Source: Candidatus Obscuribacteraceae bacterium (GTDB taxonomy: Bacteria; Cyanobacteriota; Vampirovibrionia; Obscuribacterales; Obscuribacteraceae). Taken from it: a DNA stretch of 64,000 bases. The DNA is taken from positions 512,001 to 576,000 of the forward strand of contig JBGAHS010000006.1 in the NCBI GenBank assembly GCA_044226015.1, read 5' to 3'. The position numbers were made by a program, and so were the translations under genes. The notes under the pieces are model-generated. The model saw nothing but the letters and a program-made list of their open reading frames with translations. It was not told the origin of the DNA and searched no databases. Shown piece by piece: positions 29,765-39,411 of the stretch (the stretch's first letter is position 1; each line of letters begins with the position of its first letter).

Positions 29765-31627
29765 CTAGCGTCCCGAAAAAACGTTGTAATCAAAGGTGAA
29801 TTCGATATCCACATTTTCAGGTGCGCCCGGAGGCAGTGCGGCGAAGGGGCTTGCGTTTTGAACAGCGTTTAGCGCAGCCTGATCGGCAACAGCATTGTGA
29901 GATGGAGCGCTCAATCGAAGGTTACTCATTTGCCCATCGGAATGAATCTTGAACATTACCTTGATTCTCAAAGACTGAGTGTCTTTGGCGGGAAACCAGC
30001 TTCTCTTTATTCGTCGTTGCAAATCACTCATGTACTTAGTGAAATCAACGTTGACCACACAATGCGGTGAATCGAAATCTCCTTTCTTTCCGTCAAGATT
30101 AAGATCCTTATTGCTGCTTCCGGAAGTTTCAGAACCAGCACTCGGAATTATCGAGATAGGTCCATAAGATTCACCAGAAACTCCTGGACCGCGGCGTCCA
30201 GCTCGGACAGGGGCAGGTCCATCGTCAGCGCCAGAATGGGTTCCATGCTTCCCTCCCGTGTTTCGTCCCATTTCCTGAGGTACAGGCGCTGAGCCAATGC
30301 CAGAACCCGGATGACCGGTTGGTATCATCAATGGTGCCGGTGCGCCAATAGATGGACCAGAATTGCTGCCTGATATTCCAGCAGGAGCTTTTAAGGGAGA
30401 GAACACAGATTTACTTCCTCCACCCAAAATCGGCATTGTTGCTCCTGGAAGTTGCAGTGCTTGCGCAGCCCGCGCGGGAGCTGAACCAGACGCCGGCATC
30501 ACAGCAGAATTGCTTGCATGAGGCAGTCCAGTCGGCATCATTGCAGAAGGCAATGCAGCTAGAGCAGTTGAGCTAGCATGCGATTCAATCGGTCTCAACT
30601 GCGATATTCCCATAATGGCAGATGCCACCTTAGGCGCAGGCGTCATCGTAACGCTTGCCGAGCTAGTACCAGCGACCGTCGGGTTTATCGGATTTGGCAT
30701 CACTGCTGCAGCGCTCACATTTCTCGGCATCACTGGAATTAGTCTCGGAGCAGTGCTTGCAGCACTGGACATAGATGCCGCTACCGTTTTTGGAGTTAAA
30801 AATGCTGAAGATGATGATTTAGAAGAAGATGCTGAAGTTGATGCTGAAGAAGATGAGGAGGAGGAGGAGGAGGAAGAGGAAGAGGAAGAGGAGGAGGAAG
30901 AGGAAGACGCTGATGATGACACGGTTCTCGACTGAGTGGAAGACGGCTTTAGCTCAGCCTTTGGAGGTACCTTATTGATCGGTTTTGTAGGATCAACCTT
31001 ATGAGTTGTGGTGGCAGTGTGAGACACATTTGAAACAATGTGCTTCTCAGTAGCATGCTCGCTGGGTCTTTTTACCGAAGTAAAAAACTCAATTTCAGTA
31101 ATCTGCTTCGACAACGGTTTAGGTACAAAAAAGAATATTGCCATCACTGCAAGAGCAACAATAACGGATGCATGAATAATGTAGGAGCCACTTGCTGCCT
31201 CATCTAAGGGAATGACGGCATCAGCGTAGAGAGCTCTTCTCTTTTTGCGCATTGCCTGGTCATATGCGTCTCGTACGGCATAGCCAACAAATAATGCCAC
31301 CATTGCAAGAATAACAAGTGAGATTGGACTTCCAATGTGCATGTTTTGGATAGCAGAAAGAACTCCACTATTTGCTTTCATGCCATACTGCTCACTAAAT
31401 GTTTTCATTGCTTGAACCATATTTGGTGCGAGCAATGAAACAGATAAAAGGACGTAGTTGATTACAGCCACATCAAGAAATAGAAATCCCTTACGAGATT
31501 CACCGTTGTAAAACTGACCTAGCCCAGGAATGACCGACAAAGTAGCAGCCATCAATGGGTCTTTAACTTCACCAGAATGAGCAAAACTGCTGATTGCCAT
31601 ATTGCAAGCCCTGTTAGATAACGACAC
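29765..31627 (-). CDS. Membrane protein with C-terminal TonB-C/TolA-like domain and poly-Ser linker
   Basis: SVIPGLGQFYNG, TM helices, YMSDLQRRIKRSW...DQAALNAVQNASPF..LP. Confidence 0.85.
   Translation of the reverse strand: MSLSNRACNMAISSFAHSGEVKDPLMAATLSVIPGLGQFYNGESRKGFLFLDVAVINYVLLSVSLLAPNMVQAMKTFSEQYGMKANSGVLSAIQNMHIGSPISLVILAMVALFVGYAVRDAYDQAMRKKRRALYADAVIPLDEAASGSYIIHASVIVALAVMAIFFFVPKPLSKQITEIEFFTSVKRPSEHATEKHIVSNVSHTATTTHKVDPTKPINKVPPKAELKPSSTQSRTVSSSASSSSSSSSSSSSSSSSSSSSSASTSASSSKSSSSAFLTPKTVAASMSSAASTAPRLIPVMPRNVSAAAVMPNPINPTVAGTSSASVTMTPAPKVASAIMGISQLRPIESHASSTALAALPSAMMPTGLPHASNSAVMPASGSAPARAAQALQLPGATMPILGGGSKSVFSPLKAPAGISGSNSGPSIGAPAPLMIPTGHPGSGIGSAPVPQEMGRNTGGKHGTHSGADDGPAPVRAGRRGPGVSGESYGPISIIPSAGSETSGSSNKDLNLDGKKGDFDSPHCVVNVDFTKYMSDLQRRIKRSWFPAKDTQSLRIKVMFKIHSDGQMSNLRLSAPSHNAVADQAALNAVQNASPFAALPPGAPENVDIEFTFDYNVFSGR
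30854..30906. repeat. GAG/GAA trinucleotide run encoding poly-Ser on the minus strand
   Basis: (gag)n/(gaagag)n run seen directly. Confidence 0.85.
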
Positions 31628-31764
31628 TTAACAACTCTACAAAAACCTGAGCCACTCTCACAGGACAAGAAAGAGTGCTTGCTATCAGTGAAAATCCTAG
31701 ATGCCACAAAGGAGATTTGCCGATGTCAGCGTATTGTATTTGTAGAGGATGCATCAGCGAAAAT

Positions 31765-31807
31765 AAGAAAGCGCCTCGCAAATCTGGGGATTTCGCGAGG
31801 CGCTTTC
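31765..31807 (-). terminator. Intrinsic terminator between the two TonB-C genes
   Basis: gaaagcgcctcgc...gcgaggcgctttc inverted repeat. Confidence 0.7.
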
Positions 31808-31878
31808 AGGATCGGGTTGATTGGGCTGGTGATTTGATACTACATATTGATTGTGCAATTTTGGTACCCTAGCTTCCA

Positions 31879-33750
31879 TTAATCTGAAACGTTCAGCCCA
31901 GCGTATGGTCCGGTTCTTGCAGTAGCATCGGCACTAGAAGCCTTTTTAGACAACTCGTTGTCGCAAGTCTTACACTTCTGCAGAACCATACAAACATCAA
32001 GGTCTTCAGACGTTCCAGCAGGAGGTTGTGTCCAATTGCTTACGCTTTGCGCAGCATTCAATGCAGCTCTATCCAATTTAGGGTCACCCGATGATTGGAC
32101 AATATGCTGATTCACTACACGTCCATTGGTGGTGACTTTAAAGCCTATCATCACAGGCTTAACACCTTCCTGCACAGGCGGGCGCCAGGAAGCATACACA
32201 GATTTCTTGATTGATTGAAGGTACGCCTGCAAATCAGTTTCATATCTAAAGTCGTTGAGAGACTCTTCAGAAGCCACAGAAGGACGGCTGTTAACTTCAA
32301 CAGAGACAAATGTCCCGTTGCTCTCATTCGAGACTTTCACTTGCAGATAGGTTTGATTTTCCTTGTTCTTTGGTGGTACCACATGAGGCATTTTCTGGAG
32401 AGCATTGGTCAGAGAATTTGCAAGTTCAGTTTGAGGTGCGCTCTGAAGCGAGACTGGTGTTCCGTTTTTATCGAGCATAAAACTTGCTACAGCCATACCC
32501 TGACCTTGCAATGGGTTCTCGTTCACATACTTCCTGATATTGCTCGACAAATCAGACCACAGCAGTCTCATACCAGCATCTTCCGAGATAGTCGAATCTA
32601 TAAATCCCAGCATTTGTGGAGCGTTGGATTGTTTATTGTCAGATGAAGCTGCAGTCTCAACGTTGGGAGGAGAGACCTGTGGATTTAGCACAGGAAGCTG
32701 CGCAATAAGCTTTGGCTTGGTGATTGAGTCCGACTCGAATTTAATTTCAGTTGATGGAGAATCAGTAATCTTAGTTGTTTCGGACTTTTCAGGCGTGGTC
32801 TCTGCAGTGTCAGGCACAGCGCCGTCACTCTTAACCTCGACAGCACGCTCTGGACTATCGTTTTTGATTTCCTGACTTGCAAGAGCCGCCGACTCTGTTG
32901 CAGCAATATTCATGCTCGGCGAATCAGTCTCCGAGGATGCCGTCATTTGAGCACTCTTCAATGATGGTTGAATTTCATTGTTTTTTGGCTTCTCTGGACC
33001 ATGAGCATCATTGTCCGTATCAGATTCCTTACCGCTCTTCTGATTTTGCAATATTAAAGAATCATCTGGAGTTACAAGCTCAAAATCCAGAGTGATTTGT
33101 GGATGGTCTTCTATCGCCAGTTCTGGCTTAACGTTCAAAATAATAGTAAAACCGAGGGCGAAAATCGCCAACATGTGAAGGAAATAGGAGACACAGGTGC
33201 TGATTGAAAGTGAAACCAAAACACCACGCAAAACTCGGAATGATATGGATGTCGTGTTGCTCAGCGCGTCCTTGTAGGCATCGTACATAGAGAAGAAGAC
33301 ATATCCGAGCAGCATAGATTGGACAAGGAAAAACGGAAATGTGCCCGGGCGCCAGGTGCTCAAATGACCCATCAATACATCTGTCGCGTAATTGTGAACA
33401 GGCAACTGCACGCCCAAAATGCTAGCGAGGAGTGCCAGATTCGCTATGTCTACCAGAAAAAACGCTATAGCCTTGTCCAGTCGCCGATTATAGAGTTGCC
33501 CCAAGCCGGGAAGAATCGATAGGGAAGCAGCTCTGAGCGCATGCTGGTTGTATTTTGAAAGGTCGGCAAAAGCAATCATAGTGAAACTCGCAGGTAAAGT
33601 AACAGCTATTTCAGCCTGGCGTTGGGGTGAAGGGGGCGATAAGTACAGATTAGTAGAGTTAATCTTCCTGCGCCATAGTGTAATCCCTGTACTCCGTCTA
33701 CCCTCATTCATGTAGTAGGAATTCGTTCCTTTATATGTCTTCTGCTGCAC
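31879..33750 (-). CDS. Membrane protein with TonB-C domain(s), paralogue of the neighbour; start uncertain
   Basis: SILPGLGQLYNR; YLQSIKKSVYASW, SSGDPKLDRAAL. Confidence 0.8.
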   Translation of the reverse strand: MQQKTYKGTNSYYMNEGRRSTGITLWRRKINSTNLYLSPPSPQRQAEIAVTLPASFTMIAFADLSKYNQHALRAASLSILPGLGQLYNRRLDKAIAFFLVDIANLALLASILGVQLPVHNYATDVLMGHLSTWRPGTFPFFLVQSMLLGYVFFSMYDAYKDALSNTTSISFRVLRGVLVSLSISTCVSYFLHMLAIFALGFTIILNVKPELAIEDHPQITLDFELVTPDDSLILQNQKSGKESDTDNDAHGPEKPKNNEIQPSLKSAQMTASSETDSPSMNIAATESAALASQEIKNDSPERAVEVKSDGAVPDTAETTPEKSETTKITDSPSTEIKFESDSITKPKLIAQLPVLNPQVSPPNVETAASSDNKQSNAPQMLGFIDSTISEDAGMRLLWSDLSSNIRKYVNENPLQGQGMAVASFMLDKNGTPVSLQSAPQTELANSLTNALQKMPHVVPPKNKENQTYLQVKVSNESNGTFVSVEVNSRPSVASEESLNDFRYETDLQAYLQSIKKSVYASWRPPVQEGVKPVMIGFKVTTNGRVVNQHIVQSSGDPKLDRAALNAAQSVSNWTQPPAGTSEDLDVCMVLQKCKTCDNELSKKASSADATARTGPYAGLNVSD

Positions 33751-33882
33751 ATGGAAGCATTCGCTCCAGCCTGAACAATTTCACTGAATTAAAACTGCGA
33801 GGTGGCCCACTAACATTGCGACACAGAACGCCCCAGTGTCCTCTGTCCTTGGTTATGATGGATTTTAGACAGTAGGTACCAA

Positions 33883-34980
33883 ATGAAGAACAGCTCAAAC
33901 TTAGTCTTATTGCTGTCGGGTTGCCTAACACTGGCAGCAAGTGCGTCTAGCGCGGAAGATTACATTCAAGGAAAAGCTTCCAAAACAGGAGCGAATGACA
34001 AACTCGAGCGTCCAGCCATCCGTTCAACAGCATTAAAGCAAGATTCTCAAAGCGCCGTGAAATCGTCGGGCAAAATCAGTGCGAATGATTGGAATGAGTC
34101 TTTCAGAAGCGGGATTGGCTCACTGACACCTGCTAAGCCTGATTCAGCCACGAAGGACAAAGCTCTTCAAACCGACGCTAGTTTCACCTCGAACGCGGCG
34201 ACGAGCAAACCGGCATCGAGCCGACTCTTCAATACAGAGTTATTTGAATCGGATAAAAAACAGAAAAAGAATGCAAGGCTTTCAATAAATTTGTCTTCTG
34301 AAGAAATCAAAATGCTAGAGAACTACGAAATCACGGTTTTGATTGATTGTTCTGGTTCAATGCAAATGGAAGATTGTGAATCTACTGAGTGGACACGCTC
34401 AGAGATTTCTCGATGGGATTGGTGCAAGGAAGAGACAGCCGTTCTGTCGCGAACTCTAACAAGCGCTCTTCCAGGTATCAACATCATCACTTTTTCTGAC
34501 AACACACAATGGTACAGAAATGTACCGACCAAAGAAATAAATCGCATATTCGACTACAACAGACCAACAGGTGCAACTGCTCTACATCTGGCTTTGGATG
34601 ATGCAATACGAAATTATGAATCGAACGGTTCATTCTTGAGCAAGAAGAAAAAACTACTCATTGCGGTAATTACAGATGGCATGCCAGATGACCCGTGGAG
34701 AGTTTCTCATGTAATCGATAACATTTCAAAAGAGAAGAATATGTCATTAGTATTTTTCCTCATTGGCTCAGATTACCCTGGCATTGGCTTTATTGATAGA
34801 ATGCGAGCCGCCCATCCCGAATCGGTGCAAGTTCATTTTTACGATGAAGTATGCCGATCTGGATTGGCACCAATACTGGTGCAATCGATTCGCTCCGCGA
34901 ATCTCACTCAAGCCACCACCGCAGAAAAGCCTTCTCCGAAAAAGGAAACCTTGAAACCGGTGGCGAGGCCATTCAGGTAA
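33883..34980 (+). CDS. Secreted VWA domain protein
   Basis: MIDAS motif DCSGSM, G.T.L..AL, VITDG.P. Confidence 0.88.
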   Translation: MKNSSNLVLLLSGCLTLAASASSAEDYIQGKASKTGANDKLERPAIRSTALKQDSQSAVKSSGKISANDWNESFRSGIGSLTPAKPDSATKDKALQTDASFTSNAATSKPASSRLFNTELFESDKKQKKNARLSINLSSEEIKMLENYEITVLIDCSGSMQMEDCESTEWTRSEISRWDWCKEETAVLSRTLTSALPGINIITFSDNTQWYRNVPTKEINRIFDYNRPTGATALHLALDDAIRNYESNGSFLSKKKKLLIAVITDGMPDDPWRVSHVIDNISKEKNMSLVFFLIGSDYPGIGFIDRMRAAHPESVQVHFYDEVCRSGLAPILVQSIRSANLTQATTAEKPSPKKETLKPVARPFR

Positions 34981-35012
34981 AGGGCTGCTGTAAAGCGAGC
35001 GGCTTAGGAAAT

Positions 35013-35087
35013 TGGGGGACAGGACGGGAATCGAACCCGCATTTTCGGCACCACAAACCAATGTCTTGCCATTAGACCACCTATCCC
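35013..35087 (-). tRNA. trnH: tRNA-His(GTG) with encoded G-1 and CCA
   Basis: G-GGATAGG/CCTGTCC-C-CCA; anticodon loop TTGTGGT; TTCGATT T-loop. Confidence 0.9.
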
Positions 35088-35088
35088 A

Positions 35089-35165
35089 TGGCGGTGCTGA
35101 GGGGAGTTGAACCCCCGATCTTCGCGCTGACAACGCGATGTCCTGAACCACTAGACGACAGCACC
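35089..35165 (-). tRNA. trnD: tRNA-Asp(GTC)
   Basis: GGTGCTG/CAGCACC-G-CCA; TCGCG-TTGTCAG-CGCGA anticodon arm. Confidence 0.92.
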
Positions 35166-35259
35166 ATTCAAGTTCGAACAGTGAAATTGTAAATCTGTCC
35201 GAAATCAATGAAACTCTCTTGCTTAGCTGCACAAGCAGAGCCAGCAAGAAAACAAAAAA

Positions 35260-35332
35260 CAGGGTTAACGGGATTTGAACCCGTTTTTTCAAGTTGAAAG
35301 CCTGATGTCCTAACCGAGTAGACGATAACCCC
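35260..35332 (-). tRNA. trnE: tRNA-Glu(TTC), CCA not encoded
   Basis: GGGGTTA/TAACCCT-G; TCAGG-CTTTCAA-CTTGA anticodon arm; TTCAAAT T-loop. Confidence 0.88.
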
Positions 35333-35362
35333 GCAAAGCCGGAGTTATTAATCAATCCAGCT

Positions 35363-35488
35363 TTAGCAACAATTCTCGCGTTCTTCCAAATGTTCATGTT
35401 CTTCAAGTCCAAAAGATGAGTACGTGACAGCAAGCAGGTTCTCGACCTGCACTCTATCTTGCTCATCATGATGGATTTGGAAAAACAC
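35363..35488 (-). CDS. Putative 41-aa small protein rich in Glu/His/Asp
   Basis: GGAG RBS 8 nt before GTG; MFFQIHHDEQDRVQVENLLAVTYSSFGLEEHEHLEERENCC; too short for the ORF track. Confidence 0.45.
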   Translation of the reverse strand: MFFQIHHDEQDRVQVENLLAVTYSSFGLEEHEHLEERENCC

Positions 35489-35561
35489 GACTAAAACTCC
35501 GAGTTACTTTCTGAACGACGACCGCTCAGACAAAACGTTCCTATCCGAAACTTCTTTTTCG

Positions 35562-35590
35562 ATAATAAACGAGCAAGAATATTTTCGCAA
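35562..35590 (-). promoter_or_regulatory. Sigma70-type promoter for the sORF-tRNA unit
   Basis: TTGCGA-17 bp-TATTAT on the minus strand. Confidence 0.65.
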
Positions 35591-35758
35591 GACATTTGCA
35601 AAAAAATATTTCGCCAGCTTATGCAGGTGCACCTCGGTACCTGATACCCAGCCACGGGTCCTTTGTGCCTCCGGGGAAACCGACTGGCTACTCTTGCGCC
35701 CAGTCGAGTCTAGATTACCCGCCTTCCCTATTCGCGCCGTATCCGTCATCACGCAAAA

Positions 35759-37078
35759 TCAGTTTGAGACACCCGTGCGCGAAGCGTACCACTTGTACTC
35801 GCTTGCGCCTCGTTCCAGCGACTCGCGAAAGTCAGGATGGGCAATTTCAATCAGAGCCTTCACCCTGTCTTTCATGTTTTTACCATGAAGATTGGCAATA
35901 CCATATTCGGTGACAACGTAATAGACATCAGCTCTCGAAGTGACAACGCCAGCACCTGGTGAAAGCATCGGCACTATTCTTGAAACAGTTCCTTTTGCAG
36001 CGGTTGACTCCAGCGCAAGAATTGCCTTTCCTTCAGGCGCATGACTTGAACCACGAAAAAAATCAACCTGTCCACCACAACCACTGTACATCGCAGTACC
36101 TAGTGAGTCAGCACAAACCTGTCCTGTCAGATCGACCTGCAATGCTGCGTTTATCGAGGTCATTCGATAATTTTGTGCAATCACAAAGGGATCATTGACC
36201 CACTCAGAGTCTCGAAACTCAACATTGGAATTTTCGTGAACAAATCGATAGAGTTTTTCAGATCCCATTACGAAACTAGTCGTAATTTTGCCGGGAGAAA
36301 CACTTCTTCTAGCATTGGTCAGAGCACCAGACTCCACAAGATTAACCACTGCGTCAGAAAATAATTCTGTGTGAACCCCGAGGTCTTTCTTATCGGTCAG
36401 ACATTCCAGTACCGCATTCGGTATCGCCCCGATGCCCATCTGCAAAGTTGCCCCATCTTCAACAAGTGATGCAACGTTTTTTGCAATTTGCCGCGCCGTA
36501 TCAGTTGTTTCCTCAATGTGCAGGTTTGGCAGTGGATAATCAGTTTCCACAAAGCGCTCAATCTCACTAATGTGCACCCTGGTATTGCCATTAGTGCGCG
36601 GCATTTGTTTATTAACTTCAGCGATGATGTGCCTGGCATTTTTCATTGCCGGTCTTGTGAAGTCGAGAGATACGCCCAATGTCACGTATCCATCAGCATC
36701 TGGTTCAGATACCGACAACAGACAAACATCAACCTTCAATATAGCTTTAGCAAAAAGACGTGAAAGGTCGCTAAAAAATACAGGCGTATAATCAGCTCGT
36801 CCTTGATTCACAGCTTTTCTAACATTGGGTCCGATGAACATTGCATGCACATAAAATGACCCTTCACACTCCGGCTCAGCATAAGGCGCTTCACCAAGAG
36901 TGATGATTTTGTAGATGCGCACATCTTGAAGCTCTTTTCTGCGATTGGTCATCGAGCGAATCAGATGTTGCGGCGCTGCAGCATTTGAATGAATGTAGAC
37001 CCCGTCGCCAGAATTGATGCAACGCACCGCATCGTCAGCGCTACAGAGTTTACTCTTATATTCGTTGACCCAGCTCAC
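35759..37078 (-). CDS. Acetyl-CoA hydrolase/transferase family (4-hydroxybutyrate CoA-transferase-like)
   Basis: TLQMGIGAIP, LGVHTE, VDLTGQV, SG.GGQVDF, VVTEYG. Confidence 0.92.
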   Translation of the reverse strand: MSWVNEYKSKLCSADDAVRCINSGDGVYIHSNAAAPQHLIRSMTNRRKELQDVRIYKIITLGEAPYAEPECEGSFYVHAMFIGPNVRKAVNQGRADYTPVFFSDLSRLFAKAILKVDVCLLSVSEPDADGYVTLGVSLDFTRPAMKNARHIIAEVNKQMPRTNGNTRVHISEIERFVETDYPLPNLHIEETTDTARQIAKNVASLVEDGATLQMGIGAIPNAVLECLTDKKDLGVHTELFSDAVVNLVESGALTNARRSVSPGKITTSFVMGSEKLYRFVHENSNVEFRDSEWVNDPFVIAQNYRMTSINAALQVDLTGQVCADSLGTAMYSGCGGQVDFFRGSSHAPEGKAILALESTAAKGTVSRIVPMLSPGAGVVTSRADVYYVVTEYGIANLHGKNMKDRVKALIEIAHPDFRESLERGASEYKWYASRTGVSN

Positions 37079-37080
37079 TT

Positions 37081-38043
37081 CTACTTGTTCTGCTTGGAAG
37101 ATACCGCGGCTTCTTCTTTAGGAAGTTCGACACCGGTTTCTTCCATCCACAGCAATACAGCGGGATGATTTAGATAACGAATAACAGTGTCTGGAGTGGT
37201 ACCAAATGGAGTTCTACGAATACCAGCCATTTCGCTAACCGGCACAACCAGAAGCGTCTCTGAATCTTCTTCCGCGTCTATCTGCCAGTAACTGTTCAAG
37301 TTTCCGGTTTTGCGCACATCGACTTTGAGATTTTTGATAGCAGGAATCAATTTGCTCATATCGTCTATGATATGTTTGGCTTCACTGCAGGTTTCCAGGC
37401 TAGGTTTTTCGACTTCGCCGTTCTTCTGATTATCATTGATAAGAATCAAGCGAATCTCTGTCTCAATCTGCACTCGTTTTGCAAAGTCGAGGCATGATTG
37501 CAATAAGGTTGAGGGAACGCTCAACGACGAAAGAACGATTCTCATTTTAGACCACGCTTCGCAGCGATCTTGAATTACCAGAAGCGGTCGTGGAGAGTAG
37601 TATGTGAGACTTTCCGCTATAGAGCGACGTGGCAATCTTCTCTTATCTTCATCGGGAGAGCCCATTCCAGTGCTTCTCTGACCGATTGCTACCAGCATAT
37701 GATCTTTTGCTCTCCAGCAAATCTCGCGAATGGTAGTTCCTTCATCGAGCATTGTGCTGCCGGTAATTTCATGACCAGCTGCCTGCCCTTCATAAGCCTC
37801 AGTGAGTGATTCTCCAATCGAATTCAAACAACTGAGCATCAGCTCATGTGCCTCAAAGAATGGCTCACTGCCGATAAAACCAGCGATATCAAAATTCAGA
37901 AAATCCCAGGCGGCGAGCGAGTCTACAACATGTTGCGCATTGACAGTTAGTCCATTTGCTTTCGCAACTGCCCAGCAAACTTCCGCAGCGTACCTGCATT
38001 GTGCGGAACCATCAAGTGACAAAAGAATTGACTCGGAAGACAT
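37081..38043 (-). CDS. Universal stress protein (tandem USP domains)
   Basis: ILLSLDGS...AA, SIAESL..YSPRPLLVI, FGTTPDTVIR...HPAVL. Confidence 0.8.
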   Translation of the reverse strand: MSSESILLSLDGSAQCRYAAEVCWAVAKANGLTVNAQHVVDSLAAWDFLNFDIAGFIGSEPFFEAHELMLSCLNSIGESLTEAYEGQAAGHEITGSTMLDEGTTIREICWRAKDHMLVAIGQRSTGMGSPDEDKRRLPRRSIAESLTYYSPRPLLVIQDRCEAWSKMRIVLSSLSVPSTLLQSCLDFAKRVQIETEIRLILINDNQKNGEVEKPSLETCSEAKHIIDDMSKLIPAIKNLKVDVRKTGNLNSYWQIDAEEDSETLLVVPVSEMAGIRRTPFGTTPDTVIRYLNHPAVLLWMEETGVELPKEEAAVSSKQNK

Positions 38044-38131
38044 CCTGACCTCTCAAAGCTGGGACCCGAAGGGACTAGATCTTACCACCATCAGAGCCTG
38101 CGGGGTTTAGAGCGCCTAAATCTAAGTAAAC

Positions 38132-38188
38132 AAAGAGGGCTAATTTGAAGATTTTGCAACCAATATTGCAAGTCTTCAAATCGCCCTC
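38132..38188 (-). terminator. Long hairpin/terminator after dps
   Basis: gagggc..tttgaaga..ttgcaa / ttgcaa..tcttcaaa..gccctc inverted repeat. Confidence 0.65.
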
Positions 38189-38207
38189 GTTACGCTTTAC
38201 TGCCGAA

Positions 38208-38732
38208 TTAAGCTTCAGCTTGTAAATGCGCTTCTAAGAACCACAAGCGCTTGTCAGCAAGTCTTGAGATTTCGGTATAGAGATCAGCGCTGTCTTTGTC
38301 GCCCAACTCGTCAGTCTTATCGATGTTTTCTCTTACAGATTGGCAATAGGCAGCGAAACGCTCAGCTAGAGCAGCTATGTGATCTAGCCCTTCGAGAATA
38401 TCCGATGGATACTCTTCGAGCTTTGTGCTCTCGGCAGCCATACGGACTGTTCCCATCGCAGTTCCACCAAGGGCGGTGATTCTCTCTGCAATTTCATCAA
38501 CAAACTCCAGCATTTCTCCAGCAATTTCGTCGAAAAGCAAATGGAGCTGATAGAACTGGTGCCCTTTCACATTCCAATGAGCTTGCTTGATTTGCGAGAA
38601 CAAATCAAATGTGTCAGCAAGACTCTGGTTGAGAATTTCGATGATCTGGGTTCTAGCTTTGCCTGGCAAATCAATTCTAGTGTGGTGGAGAGCGGCTGAT
38701 TTGGCTGGCTTTTTGGAAAGGGTTTTCGTCAT
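38208..38732 (-). CDS. dps: DNA starvation/stationary phase protection protein Dps
   Basis: KQAHWNVKG, LHLLFDE, DEIAERI, DKRLWFLEAH. Confidence 0.95.
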   Translation of the reverse strand: MTKTLSKKPAKSAALHHTRIDLPGKARTQIIEILNQSLADTFDLFSQIKQAHWNVKGHQFYQLHLLFDEIAGEMLEFVDEIAERITALGGTAMGTVRMAAESTKLEEYPSDILEGLDHIAALAERFAAYCQSVRENIDKTDELGDKDSADLYTEISRLADKRLWFLEAHLQAEA

Positions 38733-38884
38733 GTTTTTTTTTTGATCCTGCAACGGTTGGATTTCCTATGTATATCGTCACCCCAAAACGACATTCCATG
38801 CGATAACTTTCGGAATATTTTGCATTCTCAAACGCAAAATGCGCCAAGCCTGGGCTCAGCGCATAACACTACGAATGAAGAGAA

Positions 38885-39223
38885 CTAAGGATTTTGCTTC
38901 TTGACGTCGGTCCAAAGAGACGACTCATCGTATTCATGTGATTCAGGCGCATCTGGCGAAGCGCCCGCAGTCGCCTTGGCAGACTTTAACCCAGGGTCTA
39001 TTTCATACAGACCGTAAAGTGGGTCAATCGTTGTCTTCATACTCGTCAAAATGGCGCTAACCTCAGTATGAATGAGGTTCATCGCGGTTTTAGCCTGTGG
39101 TGTTGAAGCATGCTGGTTGATATCGTCTGCAAGCCTGATCAGGCGCTCTGTCTCAACAACTAACCTGGTAAGCAGTTGCAGAACTGATATATCCCTTGTA
39201 CGGCCCAGACTGTCAGTGCTCAT
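38885..39223 (-). CDS. Hypothetical protein
   Basis: 112-aa ORF with GGAGG RBS. Confidence 0.6.
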   Translation of the reverse strand: MSTDSLGRTRDISVLQLLTRLVVETERLIRLADDINQHASTPQAKTAMNLIHTEVSAILTSMKTTIDPLYGLYEIDPGLKSAKATAGASPDAPESHEYDESSLWTDVKKQNP

Positions 39224-39411
39224 CAGATCCCTCCGCCTTAGGCTTCTTCTTACCGTTGACTTCTACCTTGTAAAAAGAAATTATGGACTAAATATTCCCA
39301 TTTTGGCTAGATGTCTATAGTCAAGTCCATATTCCTCGGTACGGCTTGTTACAATCCACTGTAGACAAAGCCGCGCATGCCCGCGCTGCTGTCACCGAGG
39401 TGCGTGGAATC

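Noticed and set aside
30615..30935. Poly-Glu ORF on the plus strand
   Set aside because: Antisense shadow of the poly-Ser tract in the TonB-C gene
34768..35469. 233-aa minus-strand ORF
   Set aside because: Runs through three tRNA genes and antisense to the VWA gene; spurious
35623..35722. Glycine, cobalamin or c-di-GMP riboswitch call
   Set aside because: Conserved core nucleotides of these classes are missing; kept only as an unclassified candidate
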